The notes under the pieces were generated by a model. The model was given only the letters and a program-made list of their open reading frames with translations, was not told the origin of the DNA and ran no database searches. From assembly GCF_001194135.2 (NCBI RefSeq), contig NC_068989.1:8280052-8344051 (forward strand): a stretch of 64,000 nt of DNA, written 5' to 3'. Positions 24,297 to 37,491 of this stretch are shown piece by piece. This DNA is from Octopus bimaculoides (lineage: Eukaryota). Every line of letters starts with the position of its first letter. The stretch's first letter is position 1. A program made the position numbers and the translations under genes.

Positions 24297-24425
24297 TCGT
24301 TGGGCTTCTTTCAGTTTCCGTTTAACATAGCCATTCACAAGTCTGTGGTCGGTCCGAGGCTATAGTAGAAGACACTTGTCTAAGGTGCCATGCAGTGGAA
24401 CTGAACTCGGAACCAAGTAGTTCGA
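24035..24425 (-). mobile_element. SINE family B, full length, with internal (CA)n
   Basis: Tail, then central (CA)n at about 24240-24292, then GGGCTTCTTTCAGTTTCCG..GGTCGGTCCGAGGCTATAGTAGAAGACACTTG..GTGGAACTGAACTCGGAACC. Confidence 0.9.
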
Positions 24426-26524
24426 AAGCAAATATATAAATATACATATATCAGTGTGTGTGTGTGTGCGTATGTGCGCGTGTGTGTGTGTGTGTGTGTG
24501 CATGCGTGAGTGTGTACGTTTCAAAAAGTATGAAATTGGAGTTCTTAAATTCTGGTTCTACGAAGCTGGTACTCATTACAGCTCAGTAAACCGGATCGAT
24601 GTGAAATTAATTGCATTGATCAAGTACAGAGTCCACTGTCTGTCCCAGCCATTGAACTCAACACCTTGTGCTCATAAGCAGTATATCCTAACCGTTAGGG
24701 CATCTGTATTCATGAGTAAAAGAAAAGTTAAACTCTGAAGCTAAAAAACATATCACTTTAGAAATGTAGACTATAGCTAATTCAATATCAGGTATTGAGA
24801 AGAAATAGGAGTCAAATCTATTAAATTACAAAGATATATAAGTTAATACGTATTCTTAGTCGAAAACTGTATTGAAGCCATTCAGTTAGTCTCTGGGCCA
24901 CTTTTCCTACGTCGCGAGTCACCAAGTGTTTGTATGGTATTTAAATGCGCAACAGAATTAGTTACGTTTATAAGTATGAGGATTTTCTCAGCTATACATA
25001 ATCCATAGCTTTCTGTTCTATTTGTACAAGTTTTGCATCTTTAAAGGATCTTTTATTTACATTATAGCAATGCCACGTTCTTTCAGTGGTCGTACGTAAT
25101 TGGATAATTCGGTTTTGTTGCTCTTTCTTACATTATTGAAAGAATATATCTGCAATATATCTAATTAGATTTATTCACCACAATACCAGCATAAACTTTG
25201 GGCTCAGTATCTCGATTTAGTTTTCCATCAGTGACCTGTGACTCACACATAAGTAATTTAATCAGTGTTGAGTGACTAACTCAGAATGTGTTTGTAGACC
25301 GACATGGGTAGTTGAACTCAGCTGTTTTATTCGTTTCATTTGAAATAACTTTGTTCATATTGCTAGTGAAACTAAGGCTTCGATTTAAATCATTTCTATT
25401 GAACATCTTCCGGTAAACTGATAGAAATTTATTTATCAAGGCTAGAAAATATTTCCCTGGCCTGAGATTGAACACTTAAGGGGAAGAACGTGTGATCAAG
25501 ATTATTATAGCTCCCTTTTCCTTTTTTTATTAGATGGCTACGGGGCATTTAGCATTTTTATACCCACTAGCTTATTGTACTAGGTGGCACTGACAAATAG
25601 TTCTCTATTAGAAACAGGGCCATGATTCTTCAAAATAAATTGTTGATTACGTCATGAAAACTGTGGGAGAGTGAATGAAATTAAATTAATATATGTAAGT
25701 TTTTCAGTATCTAAGATAATGTTAGCATTAATATCTAAGGAATTTTATTGAACTTACAAATTTCCCGATAAGCAAGTGGTCATATTATTTTGTTCACTTA
25801 CTTTTTCATATGAATCGACCCTCGTCTGCGTGTATACACACATACATACATAAATACATACATAAATTTGCAACTGTGTGTGTGTGTGCCTGTGTGCATG
25901 TGTACTATGATGGATTCGAGGGTTTCGTTTATTTACGAGATGATTTCTTAATTTCACCGGAGTATAAATACATATAATGGTGATAATTTTGAAAAAAAAA
26001 ACCAAAATTAAATCGAACTTACAAATTTCCCAATAAGCAAGTGATCATATTATTTATATCCTACAACGAACTACCGTACGTTTGATCACCTGCCATCATT
26101 GAAAAACGTTCAAATCACTTCTCAAATCATATGCAATATTTTCTATAAGTATTTCATTTCGTTCACTTTCTTTTTTATAATCATAATTATTCATTATCAT
26201 GATTATTATTGGAATAATCATTTATTTAGTCATATGCAAATTTTGCTCATATGCAAATTGTATATTGAACTTTCCAAAAACAACCTCTGATTTTCTTTGT
26301 CAACTCGTTTTCACTAATGAAAAGGAAAGTTTTTTTCTTTTGTTTTGAAAACACATGATTCTTCATTTTATCTTATTTTTTCTTAAATTAAATTTCAAAC
26401 CTCCTAAAATAAAATTCAAATTTCTTTGCCAATTCGTATTTTAACGTTTTCACGGAAACATTTATCTGCAAGCAGAATATGCATCACCTCTCGGATGCCT
26501 CCCCCCGCTATTCTTACTGGCTTC

Positions 26525-26731
26525 AATTATAGGCACTAGTCCATTAATTTCGGGAAAGTGCGTAAGTCGATTACGTCGACCCCAGTGCTCAACTGGTACT
26601 CATTTTATCAACCTTGAAAGGATGAAAAACAAAAGAGAACTCAGTGGAATTCGAACTCAAAATCTAAAGACGCATGATATGCCGCTAAACACTTAACCAG
26701 CCGTAGTAACGATTCTGCCAGCTCGCCGCCG
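26525..26731 (-). mobile_element. SINE family A
   Basis: GTCGATTACGTCGACCCCAGTGCTCAACTGGTACT..GGAATTCGAACTC..AACGATTCTGCCAGCTCGCC. Confidence 0.88.
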
Positions 26732-26924
26732 TCTTTTTGACCTCTTTTTTATTGGCGAACAATTATAACAGTTTATTTTATTGGTGATGAATTCAAATGA
26801 TAATCGTATATAACTTTGATAGCTTTGATAGGTTTCGGCCAGTATAAGCCCAGACCACGTCTAAAGCCTGCTGGGGACCCGCGTGGGAAGGTCATAGATG
26901 AACAGATAGATGCCAGTACATACT

Positions 26925-27070
26925 TTTAAAGTCTGTTATTTATTTTATCGGTTTCCTGTGCCGAACAGCTAAGTTACGGGTGAATCAACAAAACAACACC
27001 GGTTGTCAAGTCAGGTGATGGGGTGGGACAGGCACAAAGATACACACAAACACACGCACACACACACGAA
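26925..27070 (-). mobile_element. SINE family B middle fragment running into microsatellite and gap
   Basis: GCCGAACAGCTAAGTTACGGG..CAACACCGGTTGTCAAG..GGGACAGGCACAAAGATACACAC. Confidence 0.8.
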
Positions 27071-27104
<34 letters not shown>

Positions 27105-29153
27105 NNNNNNNNNNNNNNNNNNNNNNNNNNNNNNNNNNNNNNNNNNNNNNNNNNNNNNNNNNNNNNNNNNNNNNNNNNNNNNNNNNNNNNNNNNNNNNNN
27201 NNNNNNNNNNNNNNNNNNNNNNNNNNNNNNNNNNNNNNNNNNNNNNNNNNNNNNNNNNNNNNNNNNNNNNNNNNNNNNNNNNNNNNNNNNNNNNNNNNNN
27301 NNNNNNNNNNNNNNNNNNNNNNNNNNNNNNNNNNNNNNNNNNNNNNNNNNNNNNNNNNNNNNNNNNNNNNNNNNNNNNNNNNNNNNNNNNNNNNNTATAT
27401 ATATATATATATATATATATTCCGAAATATATAGTATCATATGTCCATCACGGCTGATCTTACCAATCAGTTTTGCGCAAGGAATATAATGGAGTATTAG
27501 GTAACAATCCGATTAAATAACCTTAAGCTCATCAGAGTTAACCGATATGGAAGGGAATATGGCAACTGCTGTCTATTATCGGAGGTGGATTAATACAACC
27601 GGTTAGCGCCTGATGTGAAAAAGATGGTGAAATGAAAAGGGGCAACTTTAGGAGTTATGTCCCTTGGTTGGGTATGCTCTTAGGCCGGTAAGAGTTATTT
27701 TGAAGTGTTTCTGGGGAAAGTGTGCAGTATCAAGTGTGGTGCTCCTGTAGAGAATGGGGTATGTTATATGTGTAGTGGTGTCATAGGCATAATTTTTCTG
27801 GGGCTCTAGGTATATATAGCTGTGTCCATTGCTCTGTTTACTTTCTATAAAGAATAAGGTCGTCATGGAACCTCCACAGTACATAGCCACATATTTAGTT
27901 ATAACGCAGTTTCTACAATCTTGGAAATTCGCTGAGTATGGAACAGGAAATGTAAGTTATAAAGACGATTTGATTGAGAAGTATATTGAACGACATTTTT
28001 ATAAAACATAGAATTTAGTGTTGAGCATTTTATGGAATGTTTACTGGGGAATATCGGAAATATAGAACGAAATACTGGGATAGCTGCATTTTATAACAAT
28101 CGGGAATTTGTAGTTTTGATAATCTGGAATAAACAAAAACAAAAAAAGGAAAATATACAATTTCAAAATGGAAGAAAACATAATCAAAGAACAACCGACA
28201 CCTAAGTTTGAAGTATCGGTCTTAACAAAAGAGCTCCAAGCAAAAAAAAAAAAAGAATGGTTATTGATGGCTATGTTATGTGAAGTAGACAAACAACGCA
28301 TATCCTTCATAAGTGAGATATGCTTCAAGTAGATAAAAATATAATCTATATCTGTTGAAAATCTCAATGGACAAAATAACGCATTAGAGGGAATATGTTG
28401 GTTGTTTGGTCGTATCCAAGAAGGTTTTATAAGGACTTTGGCCGAAAGACTTGTTTACGAAATATGTCCAGCTTGTAACTTCAGGGGAAAAAATAGTATG
28501 AGAAGCAGTAGCTGTAGAAGTAGCAACAGTAGTGGTAGGAGTAGTAGTAGTAGGGGAGGATGGGGAAAAGGATTAGGAAGAAGGAAGGCAGGAGGAAAAG
28601 TAGGTTAATTCGAGGAATATATAATTTTTAAGAAGATTAAGAAATGATACAGGATACTGTTTCGTTTATATGAACAATGTCCACATAATGGTTTATCCAA
28701 GTGGGGAAATGTACGTATGTATATATATATATAGGATGTTTTTATGTGGCCTGCTTGTTTGTTGCAACTTGTTTACCATTTTGTCCATGTTCTTTTGCCA
28801 TGTCATGTACCCAGTTATGTATCTATATGTACATGTGGATGAAGGTATATACATACATGTACATATATATGCATATACTCATATATTGTTTATATATATA
28901 TANNNNNNNNNNNNNNNNNNNNNNNNNNNNNNNNNNNNNNNNNNNNNNNNNNNNNNNNNNNNNNNNNNNNNNNNNNNNNNNNNNNNNNNNNNNNNNNNNN
29001 NNNNNNNNNNNNNNNNNNNNNNNNNNNNNNNNNNNNNNNNNNNNNNNNNNNNNNNNNNNNNNNNNNNNNNNNNNNNNNNNNNNNNNNNNNNNNNNNNNNN
29101 NNNNNNNNNNNNNNNNNNNNNNNNNNNNNNNNNNNNNNNNNNNNNNNNNNNNN

Positions 29154-29187
<34 letters not shown>

Positions 29188-29653
29188 AGTATAAAGAGAG
29201 AGAAAGAGGGGGAGGGAGAGGCGGAGGTTAAGGAACTGTTAACGATAATGCGCGAGAATATAATCATAGCAAGCTTATATATCCAGATATCAAGGGACTG
29301 TTACCAGTTAATTATTTGTTCATCCGTTAATAATTATTCTGTAATTTCTTTTCTTTGAAGTGTTATCTTTATAGTGCCATTGACCGCCTTGCCAATCCCA
29401 AAACCATGTTCTGAGGGTTAATATCGAAGATATTTGCCTAGTAATGCTACATGTGAATGACAGGTGCAGAGAAGGTCTTGTAAGAAAGATTAGCTTCCGG
29501 TGTACATATCTCTTGATTGGTTCAGAGAGGGAAGATCGCATTTACATATTGGTATCCTTCTCGTATCATTTGATTTTATTTCTGCGTGTATTTTTCCTCT
29601 TGAATTATTCATATCCGGCCAAATCCTCATCATCACGATCATCATCACCATCA

Positions 29654-29686
<33 letters not shown>

Positions 29687-30442
29687 TCAGAAATACTACA
29701 GCAATTATAGTAACATAACGTTCAAGGTGAGGGAATATATTAAGTCAATGGATTATATGATTAGAAGAGTCAAACTATCCTACATGATCTATCTATCTAT
29801 GTATATATATATATGCGTGTGTGCGTAAGTGTGTAAGTGTGTGTGTGTGTGTGTGTGTAATATTCTAAGATGATCCGTGTCTCTGATGCATTTTGGCAAA
29901 GGCATATTGACAAAACGATCGAGTATAACAAGTTAGCTCCGAGATAGACTAAAGATCAAAAGGATAACAAACGTCACAATCTCATTTTTTTTTTCCTGGA
30001 ATACATCACCCTTTGTATTCTTCCTTTCATTATGTATAGTAGGATGTGATTCGAGGGAGATTTCGTCACTATTTCTATAGGTTGAAGGCCACATAAAAGC
30101 TCCACCCCCCACTGACAACTGATTATCGGCAATCCTGCACGTAGAATTTACCGTTGACATAGCTGTGTGTATTCAAACGAGCTGTAGTAGTTTAATACAG
30201 CATTTAACTTATATCTACCTTATAGACTTCTGAAGGATGAAAAGCTAAGTCGACCGTGGTGAGATTGGGGATCTAATGGTAATAATAATTGCTTTTAGCT
30301 CGGGAGAGGTTAGAGAGAGCTGCTTATCCGATTATATTGATTATAGAACTCTATAGCACAAATATAACTATGTGTTAGCCACTTTCTAACGCTTCAGCTA
30401 ACCCATCGTGCGAGTAATAATAATAATAATAATAATAATAAT

Positions 30443-30700
30443 GGTTTCAAATTTTGCCACAATGGCAACAATTCTTTGCGGAGGGGATGAGTCGATTACT
30501 TGTACTTGTTTATTGACCCCCCAAAGGACGAAATGCAAAGTCGATCTCGGCGGAATTTGAACTCGGAACGTAAAGACGTACGAAATACCACTAAGCACTT
30601 GGCCTGGCGTGCTAACGATTCTGCCAGCTCGCCGCTTTAATAATAACAACAACAACAATAATGATAATCCTTTCTACTATAGGCACAATGCCTGAAATTT
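30443..30700 (-). mobile_element. SINE family A (30443-30635) within the (AAT/AAC)n tail of another family A 3' fragment (30666-30700)
   Basis: GGTTTCAAATTTTGCCAC..CGGCGGAATTTGAACTC..GATTCTGCCAGCTCGCCGC, then (AAT/AAC)n, then ATCCTTTCTACTATAGGCACAATGCCTGAAATTT. Confidence 0.9.
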
Positions 30701-31467
30701 AATAACAACAACAATTAGAATAGTAACAATGATATAGAAACAAGTGCACAGCAATCGAAGCTGGTCGAATTTCAACTTGGAACATAAGTAGAACGTAATA
30801 AGTCATGTTAAGATGTTTGTTTCAGGTGACCTATCTGTTATTGCAAACGCAATAATAATGATTTTCTTTTTACATAGGACAAAAGGTAACCCCTTTTGAA
30901 TCGGGGTAAAACTATTTTATTGGCCTCAAAAGAAGGAAAGAGAAAATTGCTACCCATGCTTTAAATAGAGATTTGAGTTGAATATTCACCGATAGCTATA
31001 GATCCTATTATAAATCAAATAGATATTATAGCACACACACACACACACACACACACACCTTCATAAGGAAGCTCTGCAAATGTAAATGATCTCATATATC
31101 GTTATAGATATCAACTGTTTGGTTTTAGGCCATATTTCATAAACTATTTTCTAAATATATAAATATCCATTAGCACGAAACATACAAGCCCTTAATTTAG
31201 TACGCAATAACTTTCGGGCTGGTGATAAATGCTAATGAGTTCCTTCAGGGTATAGGACAGTTATCACAGAATCTCATAAACTTCTAAATTATTTAATAAC
31301 TCCTATTGGGATTCATTAAGAAAATATAACATTCTCTACAAGTCACGTCCAATATGTTTGAAACAAAATTTATATCTAATTCTAATTTCAATTTTTATCA
31401 AAAATTCAATATTCATCGGTAAAACACATATGTATATGCATAAAACATAAATATACACATATACATG

Positions 31468-31501
<34 letters not shown>

Positions 31502-32073
31502 CATATATATNNNNNNNNNNNNNNNNNNNNNNNNNNNNNNNNNNNNNNNNNNNNNNNNNNNNNNNNNNNNNNNNNNNNNNNNNNNNNNNNNNNNNNNNNN
31601 NNNNNNNNNNNNNNNNNNNNNNNNNNNNNNNNNNNNNNNNNNNNNNNNNNNNNNNNNNNNNNNNNNNNNNNNNNNNNNNNNNNNNNNNNNNNNNNNNNNN
31701 NNNNNNNNNNNNNNNNNNNNNNNNNNNNNNNNNNNNNNNNNNNNNNNNNNNNNNNNNNNNNNNNNNNNNNATATATATAATATGTATGTATGTATATATG
31801 CACACATACACAGATACGGTTATGTATGAATAGAGATAGGTATATGCACAAGTATACATATGTGTGTATATATGTATGTTCGTGTGTATGTATGTAAGTC
31901 CGTACATATAGTACACTTATAAGTATGCACTCATGTATGCGCAAGTGTGTGTGCGCATGTGCAGTTGTTCACGGCCATTTGTAAATAAATTCTCATGTCT
32001 ACGTTTCATAAGAGTATCGTAACATCACTGCGGAAATCGACCATGTGAGTAAGCTACATGGTTCTCTATCTCA

Positions 32074-32142
<69 letters not shown>

Positions 32143-32807
32143 TCCTCTTCTTCTTCTTCTTCTCTCAATCTTTCTCTCTCTCTCTTTCTCTGTTAAATTT
32201 ATTGACAACCAAATCTAGAAGATATGCGTATCTTGAACCCATGTAGTAGTGTGACCCTAAAGGAGAAAGAGAGAAAGAGAGAGAGAGTAAGAGAGAGACA
32301 AACATACAGACAGAAAGACTGAAACATAATGAGAGGTAGAGAGTGAGAGAAAGAGAGAATGAGAGACAGAGAGCGAGAGAGAAAATATGCGGGAGAGAAA
32401 ACGTAGCTGACTGTTAATTATGAAATGCTCTGAAAAGCCGACAAGATTTTGCTGATTTGCATATCTCGCATTCACAGGAGTTGTATTTTAGTGAACTTAA
32501 TGAGATTGTTGATACCTAAATGCGTTTCTACATAAATTTTCATGCGCTCACTAAATAAGCATACATTTAACTCTGCTGTATACATCTCGCTTAAAGCAAA
32601 GAGGCTGTCGTTCGTTGGTCCTTTCTGTGAAGCTGTTGTGGTGTAACCAATCGGTATATATATTAAACGTACTGATGCGAATTTATTTACGATAACATTT
32701 ACATATAAAGGTTACTGACAGCGTTGTTAGCTCCTCTGACTAACTAATAAAACAAAGTATGTAAGGCTTTCTACAACCGATTTCTTTTGACAAATAAACA
32801 GGAGAAT

Positions 32808-33200
32808 GTCGTCGTCGTCGTGACACTCCGTCGGTTACGACGCCGAGGGTTCCAGTTGATCCGATCAACGGAACAGCCTGCTCGTGAAATTAAGATGTAA
32901 GTGGCTGAGCACTCCACAGACATGTGTACCCTTAACGTAGTTCTCGGGGAGATTCAACGTGACAGAGAGTGTGACGTGGGTCGTCCTTTGAAATACAGGT
33001 ACAACAGAAACAGGAAGAAAGAGTGAGAGAAAGTTGTGGTGAAAGAGTACAGCAGGGTTCGCCACCGACCCCTGCCGGCACCTCGCGGAGCTTTAGGTAT
33101 TTTCGCTCAATAAACACTCACAATGACCGTCTGAGAAACGAGACGGCGATCCCATGACCGCGAGTCCGCTGCCCTAACCACTAGTCCATTGCACCTCCAC
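32808..33200 (-). mobile_element. tRNA-derived SINE family D, full length, (CGA)n tail
   Basis: Minus head GTGGAGGTGCAATGGACTAGTGGTTAGGGCAGCGGACTCGCGG. 3' end CAGGCTGTTCCGTTGATCGGATCAACTGGAACCCTCG..CCGACGGAGTG. GAGAAT flanks both sides as a probable TSD. Confidence 0.88.
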
Positions 33201-34603
33201 AAGAGAATCTAGGAATAGCTGAATCAGTCATTAAAGTACCGACATATATTTTGCTATAGTGGTGGTCGAAAATGTTACTTTATCGAGGTAATATGTCTTA
33301 GAATTACAAGAGAGAATAGTTAGGTGTTGTAATACTTAGGTATCTATAGAGCAACAGCGGAGATAATGCGGTTTGAATGTTCCCTGTATGGAGTTGTCAA
33401 CGTGTCCTACTCTTAAAATACATGATACATCTATTTTAACGCATGATCCTAGCTTCGTTTCCAAGCAATTTTTAATTGACCTGATAAAACCGTTCCCTCA
33501 GAGGTCTGGGTATTCGAATGGGTATGAGGACATCACGATTTTACTTGAACTGACAACAATATCATTTAGTAACTTTTAATATAGTTCTAAAATTAACAAA
33601 AATATTAGCCTCTTACCAGATAAACTACACTCGAATTAATAAAGTAGATACTTATTTCCATAGTAGAACTATATGCATCAAGAAGTTTTGTTTCCTTAAT
33701 TATTAAAAAGGAATTCGATTTCTAAATTGAAAGATGAAGGGAGAAAGCGATACAATTTTCTTTTTGGTAGAAATATATATAAATACATAAAATAACTTAT
33801 CACAAAACACGTTAAAATTCCAATATGTGAAAAGATTTTATTACGCGCAAAGCTTGGATTTGTGTTTCAGTCCAGAATTACTAATATTGTGTTTTACATA
33901 AATCAATGTTTACAGCAAGTATTTTTGAGCATGATGTGTTACTAGATTGGCAAAACAATAAAAATTTTTAACACTTTTCTATTTAATGTAAATAAAAGTT
34001 CAAAGGACGATAACATATTAAAGAATGACATTCCTGAGTTGATAGTTTGAACGTCGATATGAAACGCTTTCTACCTATAAAACAGATTGTGAGTGGATAT
34101 ACGCTTTGCTTAGATACGCTTTGTTCTTAACTTGTCTGTTTTCGTTTCCTTTAGGTTTTGTTTATTCTATTCTGATAAGGATTTCTTAGACCAGCACTAG
34201 TTCTCAACTTTAAGGGATGCAATGGAAATTTGTTTGAAGTATATGCCTCAAATAAAGATATTGGGGTCAATGAAACCTTAACTCCGTTGAAAAAATGCTT
34301 GACACACAGATATTCAGTGTTGCTGGAGAAACACATTGCTGAACTATTACAATGGTAAGGTATCGACTGGATGAATACTTGATTACATCTCATATTAGCC
34401 TTGCACTGTATTTCTACCAATGAATCTTTTTTTAATTGTTCTTTTGCTAGTATGTACTTTGAAGCAGTACTTCTTTTATAGAATGGAGTGGGACAGCTGG
34501 TGGGTGCTCCGAGAAAGGATGAATTGTCATGTTTAATAAAAATGAAATGGTCTAAAAAGTTTAAACTTTTGCAACATCGTAGCGAAGAAAGAATCATTAT
34601 TTT

Positions 34604-34724
34604 GGTTTCAAATTTTGGCACAAGTCCAGCAATGTCTGCGGTGGGAGTAAGTCTATTACATCGACCTCAGTGCTCACCCCGAAAGGTGATGAAAGCAAAG
34701 TCGACCTCGGACGAATTTGAACTC
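34604..34724 (-). mobile_element. SINE family A 3' fragment
   Basis: GGTTTCAAATTTTGGCACAAG..GCAAAGTCGACCTCGG..GAATTTGAACTC. Confidence 0.85.
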
Positions 34725-34883
34725 CAAAAGAAAGAATCTTTATAATGTAGCAATCCTTATTCTCTTTTCAGTCCCGTCGATTGGTTTTTTGAGAAAGTGC
34801 CATCACTACAGCCCCGGCCGACCGATCTCTTATAAATGGATTAAACAAAAAGAGAATGTGTGGAAATCTATCACACACACACA

Positions 34884-34919
<36 letters not shown>

Positions 34920-34930
34920 CNNNNNNNNNN

Positions 34931-35148
34931 GAAACGTTAGCACGCCGGGCGAAATGCTTAGCGGTATTCCGTCTGCCGCTACGTTCTGAGTTCAAATTCC
35001 GCCGAGGTCGACTTTGCCTTTCATCCTTTCGGGGTCGATTAAATAAGTACCAGTTACGCACTGGGGTCGATGTAATCGACTTAATCCGTTTGTCTGTCCT
35101 TGTGTGTCCCCTCTGTGTGTAGCCCTTTGTGGGTAGTAAAGAAATAAG
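34931..35148 (+). mobile_element. SINE family A, low-divergence copy with an alternative 3' tail
   Basis: Intact head and B-box. Tail TTAATCCGTTTGTCTGTCCTTG..GTGGGTAGTAAAGAAATA differs from other family A copies. Confidence 0.9.
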
Positions 35149-35214
35149 ACACACACACACACACACACAGAAGGTAAATCCATAAAAAAAAACCTGTGCT
35201 GTCGTTTTGTCTTG

Positions 35215-35295
35215 TTCGGGGACACAGCGCGTCGGCGGGAATCGAAATCACAAACTTATGATCGTGAGCCGATATAGCTTAATCACTTAGCTAGT
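35215..35295 (-). mobile_element. SINE family C head fragment
   Basis: GACACAGCGCGTCGGCGGGAATCGAAATCACAAACTTATGATCGTGAGCCGA. Confidence 0.65.
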
Positions 35296-35613
35296 TTATC
35301 TACGTGACAGTGTCATTCCGCAATTGTTAAACATATCATCATCATCCAATTCTCTGCGATGTCTTTAATTACCACGTTTCAAATTATTCTTTTGATTTAT
35401 TAAAAATTCTATGAAATATTTATTAGAAAGATTTATAAAATTCTGCCTGAAACCAGTTTGTGAAGATGATATTTTTATCTTCATATATGCAATATTATAG
35501 CTGCCCTATTGATGTTTTTCAAATATTTACCGTATGTTATAAAAGTATTTATAATTACAGCCAAATGTAAACTCGAATTTGGTTGCATTTTAATGAAGAG
35601 AGTTTACATTTTA

Positions 35614-35808
35614 GTGGAACTGGTAGAATCGATAGGTCATCGGACAAAATGCTTAGCGCTGTTTCTCCTATCTCTACCTTCTCATTTGAAATCTCGCCGA
35701 AGTCGGCTTTGCCATTCGCCATTTTGGAGTCAATAAAATAAGTGCCACTAGGATGGTATATAAGCGACTACCCTATCTCCCCCAAACTGCTGGTCTAGTC
35801 ACAAAATA
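35614..35808 (+). mobile_element. SINE family A (diverged); another diverged copy at about 36103-36277
   Basis: CTGGTAGAATCGATAG..CGGACAAAATGCTTAGCG..GTCGGCTTTGCC. The second copy contains CATCCTTTCGGGGTCGAT. Confidence 0.75.
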
Positions 35809-35825
35809 TGAAAAAATATTGCTAT

Positions 35826-36100
35826 TATTCTTACCTCTGCCTTAGCGAAGGCGGAGGTTATGTTTTCAGTCATGTTTGTTTGTCCATGGACAGGATATCT
35901 CAAGAACCTCTGGATGGATTCGGATGAAACTTTCAGGGATGTTTGACCTGGTAAAAACTGGTTAGATTAGGGGATTGATCCGGTACCGGACAAGGAATCT
36001 GGATTATTTTTCCTGTTTATTTTTTTTACTTAATTTTCATTTTTAGTATTCTCGTTTGTGAGAGCAGTCGAGTTTATTTCAGATATTCTCATTTTAAAAA
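35826..36100 (-). mobile_element. Helentron/HINE-like non-autonomous element (partial)
   Basis: Terminal hairpin ACCTCTGCCTT-AGCG-AAGGCGGAGGT (35833-35858), then GTTTGTTTGTCC..GGATATCTCAAGAACC.CTGGATGGATTCGGATGAAAC. It is homologous to the reverse complement of 45589-45890. Confidence 0.68.
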
Positions 36101-37429
36101 TGAAGGTTGTGCATTACGGACAAAATGCTTTAATTTTCGATTTCCAATTCTATCGTGGTTGACTGCTTCTCATCCTTTCGGGGTCGATCAAAATGTATCA
36201 AACAAATACTGGGGTCGATTTAATCGTCTTGCTCCCTTCCTCACAAAATTCCTCGCTTTGTTCTGAAATTAGAAAGAGAAAGATATCTTCATGTGTCGTT
36301 TTCTTTCTTTCAAAAATATTCTCCCTCACACTGTCTTGATACTGAATATTAAAAAATAAATAATTTTTTTTGTGAAATATTTGTTAATCAAATTTGTTTT
36401 ATTTGAACAAAAACCATACATTAGACGCATTATGGCAGAAATCCTAGTTCGTGACCAGCTTTCATTTCTAAATTTTAACGTTTAACGTCATTTGCACAAC
36501 TAATAAACTTGTCGAAGCTATTGAATCTACCCACGACTCCATGTTGGCCGTCCTTTACAAATGTGAAAAACAATTTCCCTAAGAGATCCTTATTGATTGG
36601 GAAATATTTTTTAAAGAAAATAGTATCATCGAATGGGAAAATATTTGTAGAACTGATCGATAATCCTTTGATAATATGACAGTCACATTTTTTTGTTCCT
36701 TTTCATAAACACCTCTTTCATGAAGGTACACAAACGATAATTTGAACTCAAATTATCATTTATTGTTTCTTGCCCGCAGACTTTAAATAGAAATGCAAAA
36801 ATAAGGAAATACACACTGGTTTCTTACATGAATTTCCTTTTTTTTTAAAATTTATAAAAGTTCCTTTTCTCTCCAACAATATTGTAATTCCACGTCAATA
36901 AAATTAGAATTTTGAAATAGCTGTAATAAAATGCCACGATCGTGATATACTCAAACAACAGCATACAAGAAACAGAAAAAAAAGTATGAAAAAAATATTT
37001 AAAACGAACTTTCATCCAGGAATTCAAAAATATCTCACAAAGGTGCAGACATGGCTGTGNNNNNNNNNNNNNNNNNNNNNNNNNNNNNNNNNNNNNNNNN
37101 NNNNNNNNNNNNNNNNNNNNNNNNNNNNNNNNNNNNNNNNNNNNNNNNNNNNNNNNNNNNNNNNNNNNNNNNNNNNNNNNNNNNNNNNNNNNNNNNNNNN
37201 NNNNNNNNNNNNNNNNNNNNNNNNNNNNNNNNNNNNNNNNNNNNNNNNNNNNNNNNNNNNNNNNNNNNNNNNNNNNNNNNNNNNNNNNNNNNNNNNNNNN
37301 NNNNNNNNNNNNNNNNNNNNNNNNNNNNNNNNNNNNNNNNNNNNNNNNNNNNNNNNNNNNNNNNNNNNNNNNNNNNNNNNNNNNNNNNNNNNNNNNNNNN
37401 NNNNNNNNNNNNNNNNNNNNNNNNNNNNN

Positions 37430-37491
<62 letters not shown>

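Noticed and set aside
32808-33200. tRNA-like heads of the SINE families as real tRNA genes
   Set aside because: They lack a complete cloverleaf and continue into SINE bodies and tails. No genuine tRNA, rRNA, snRNA or CRISPR array was seen in the window.
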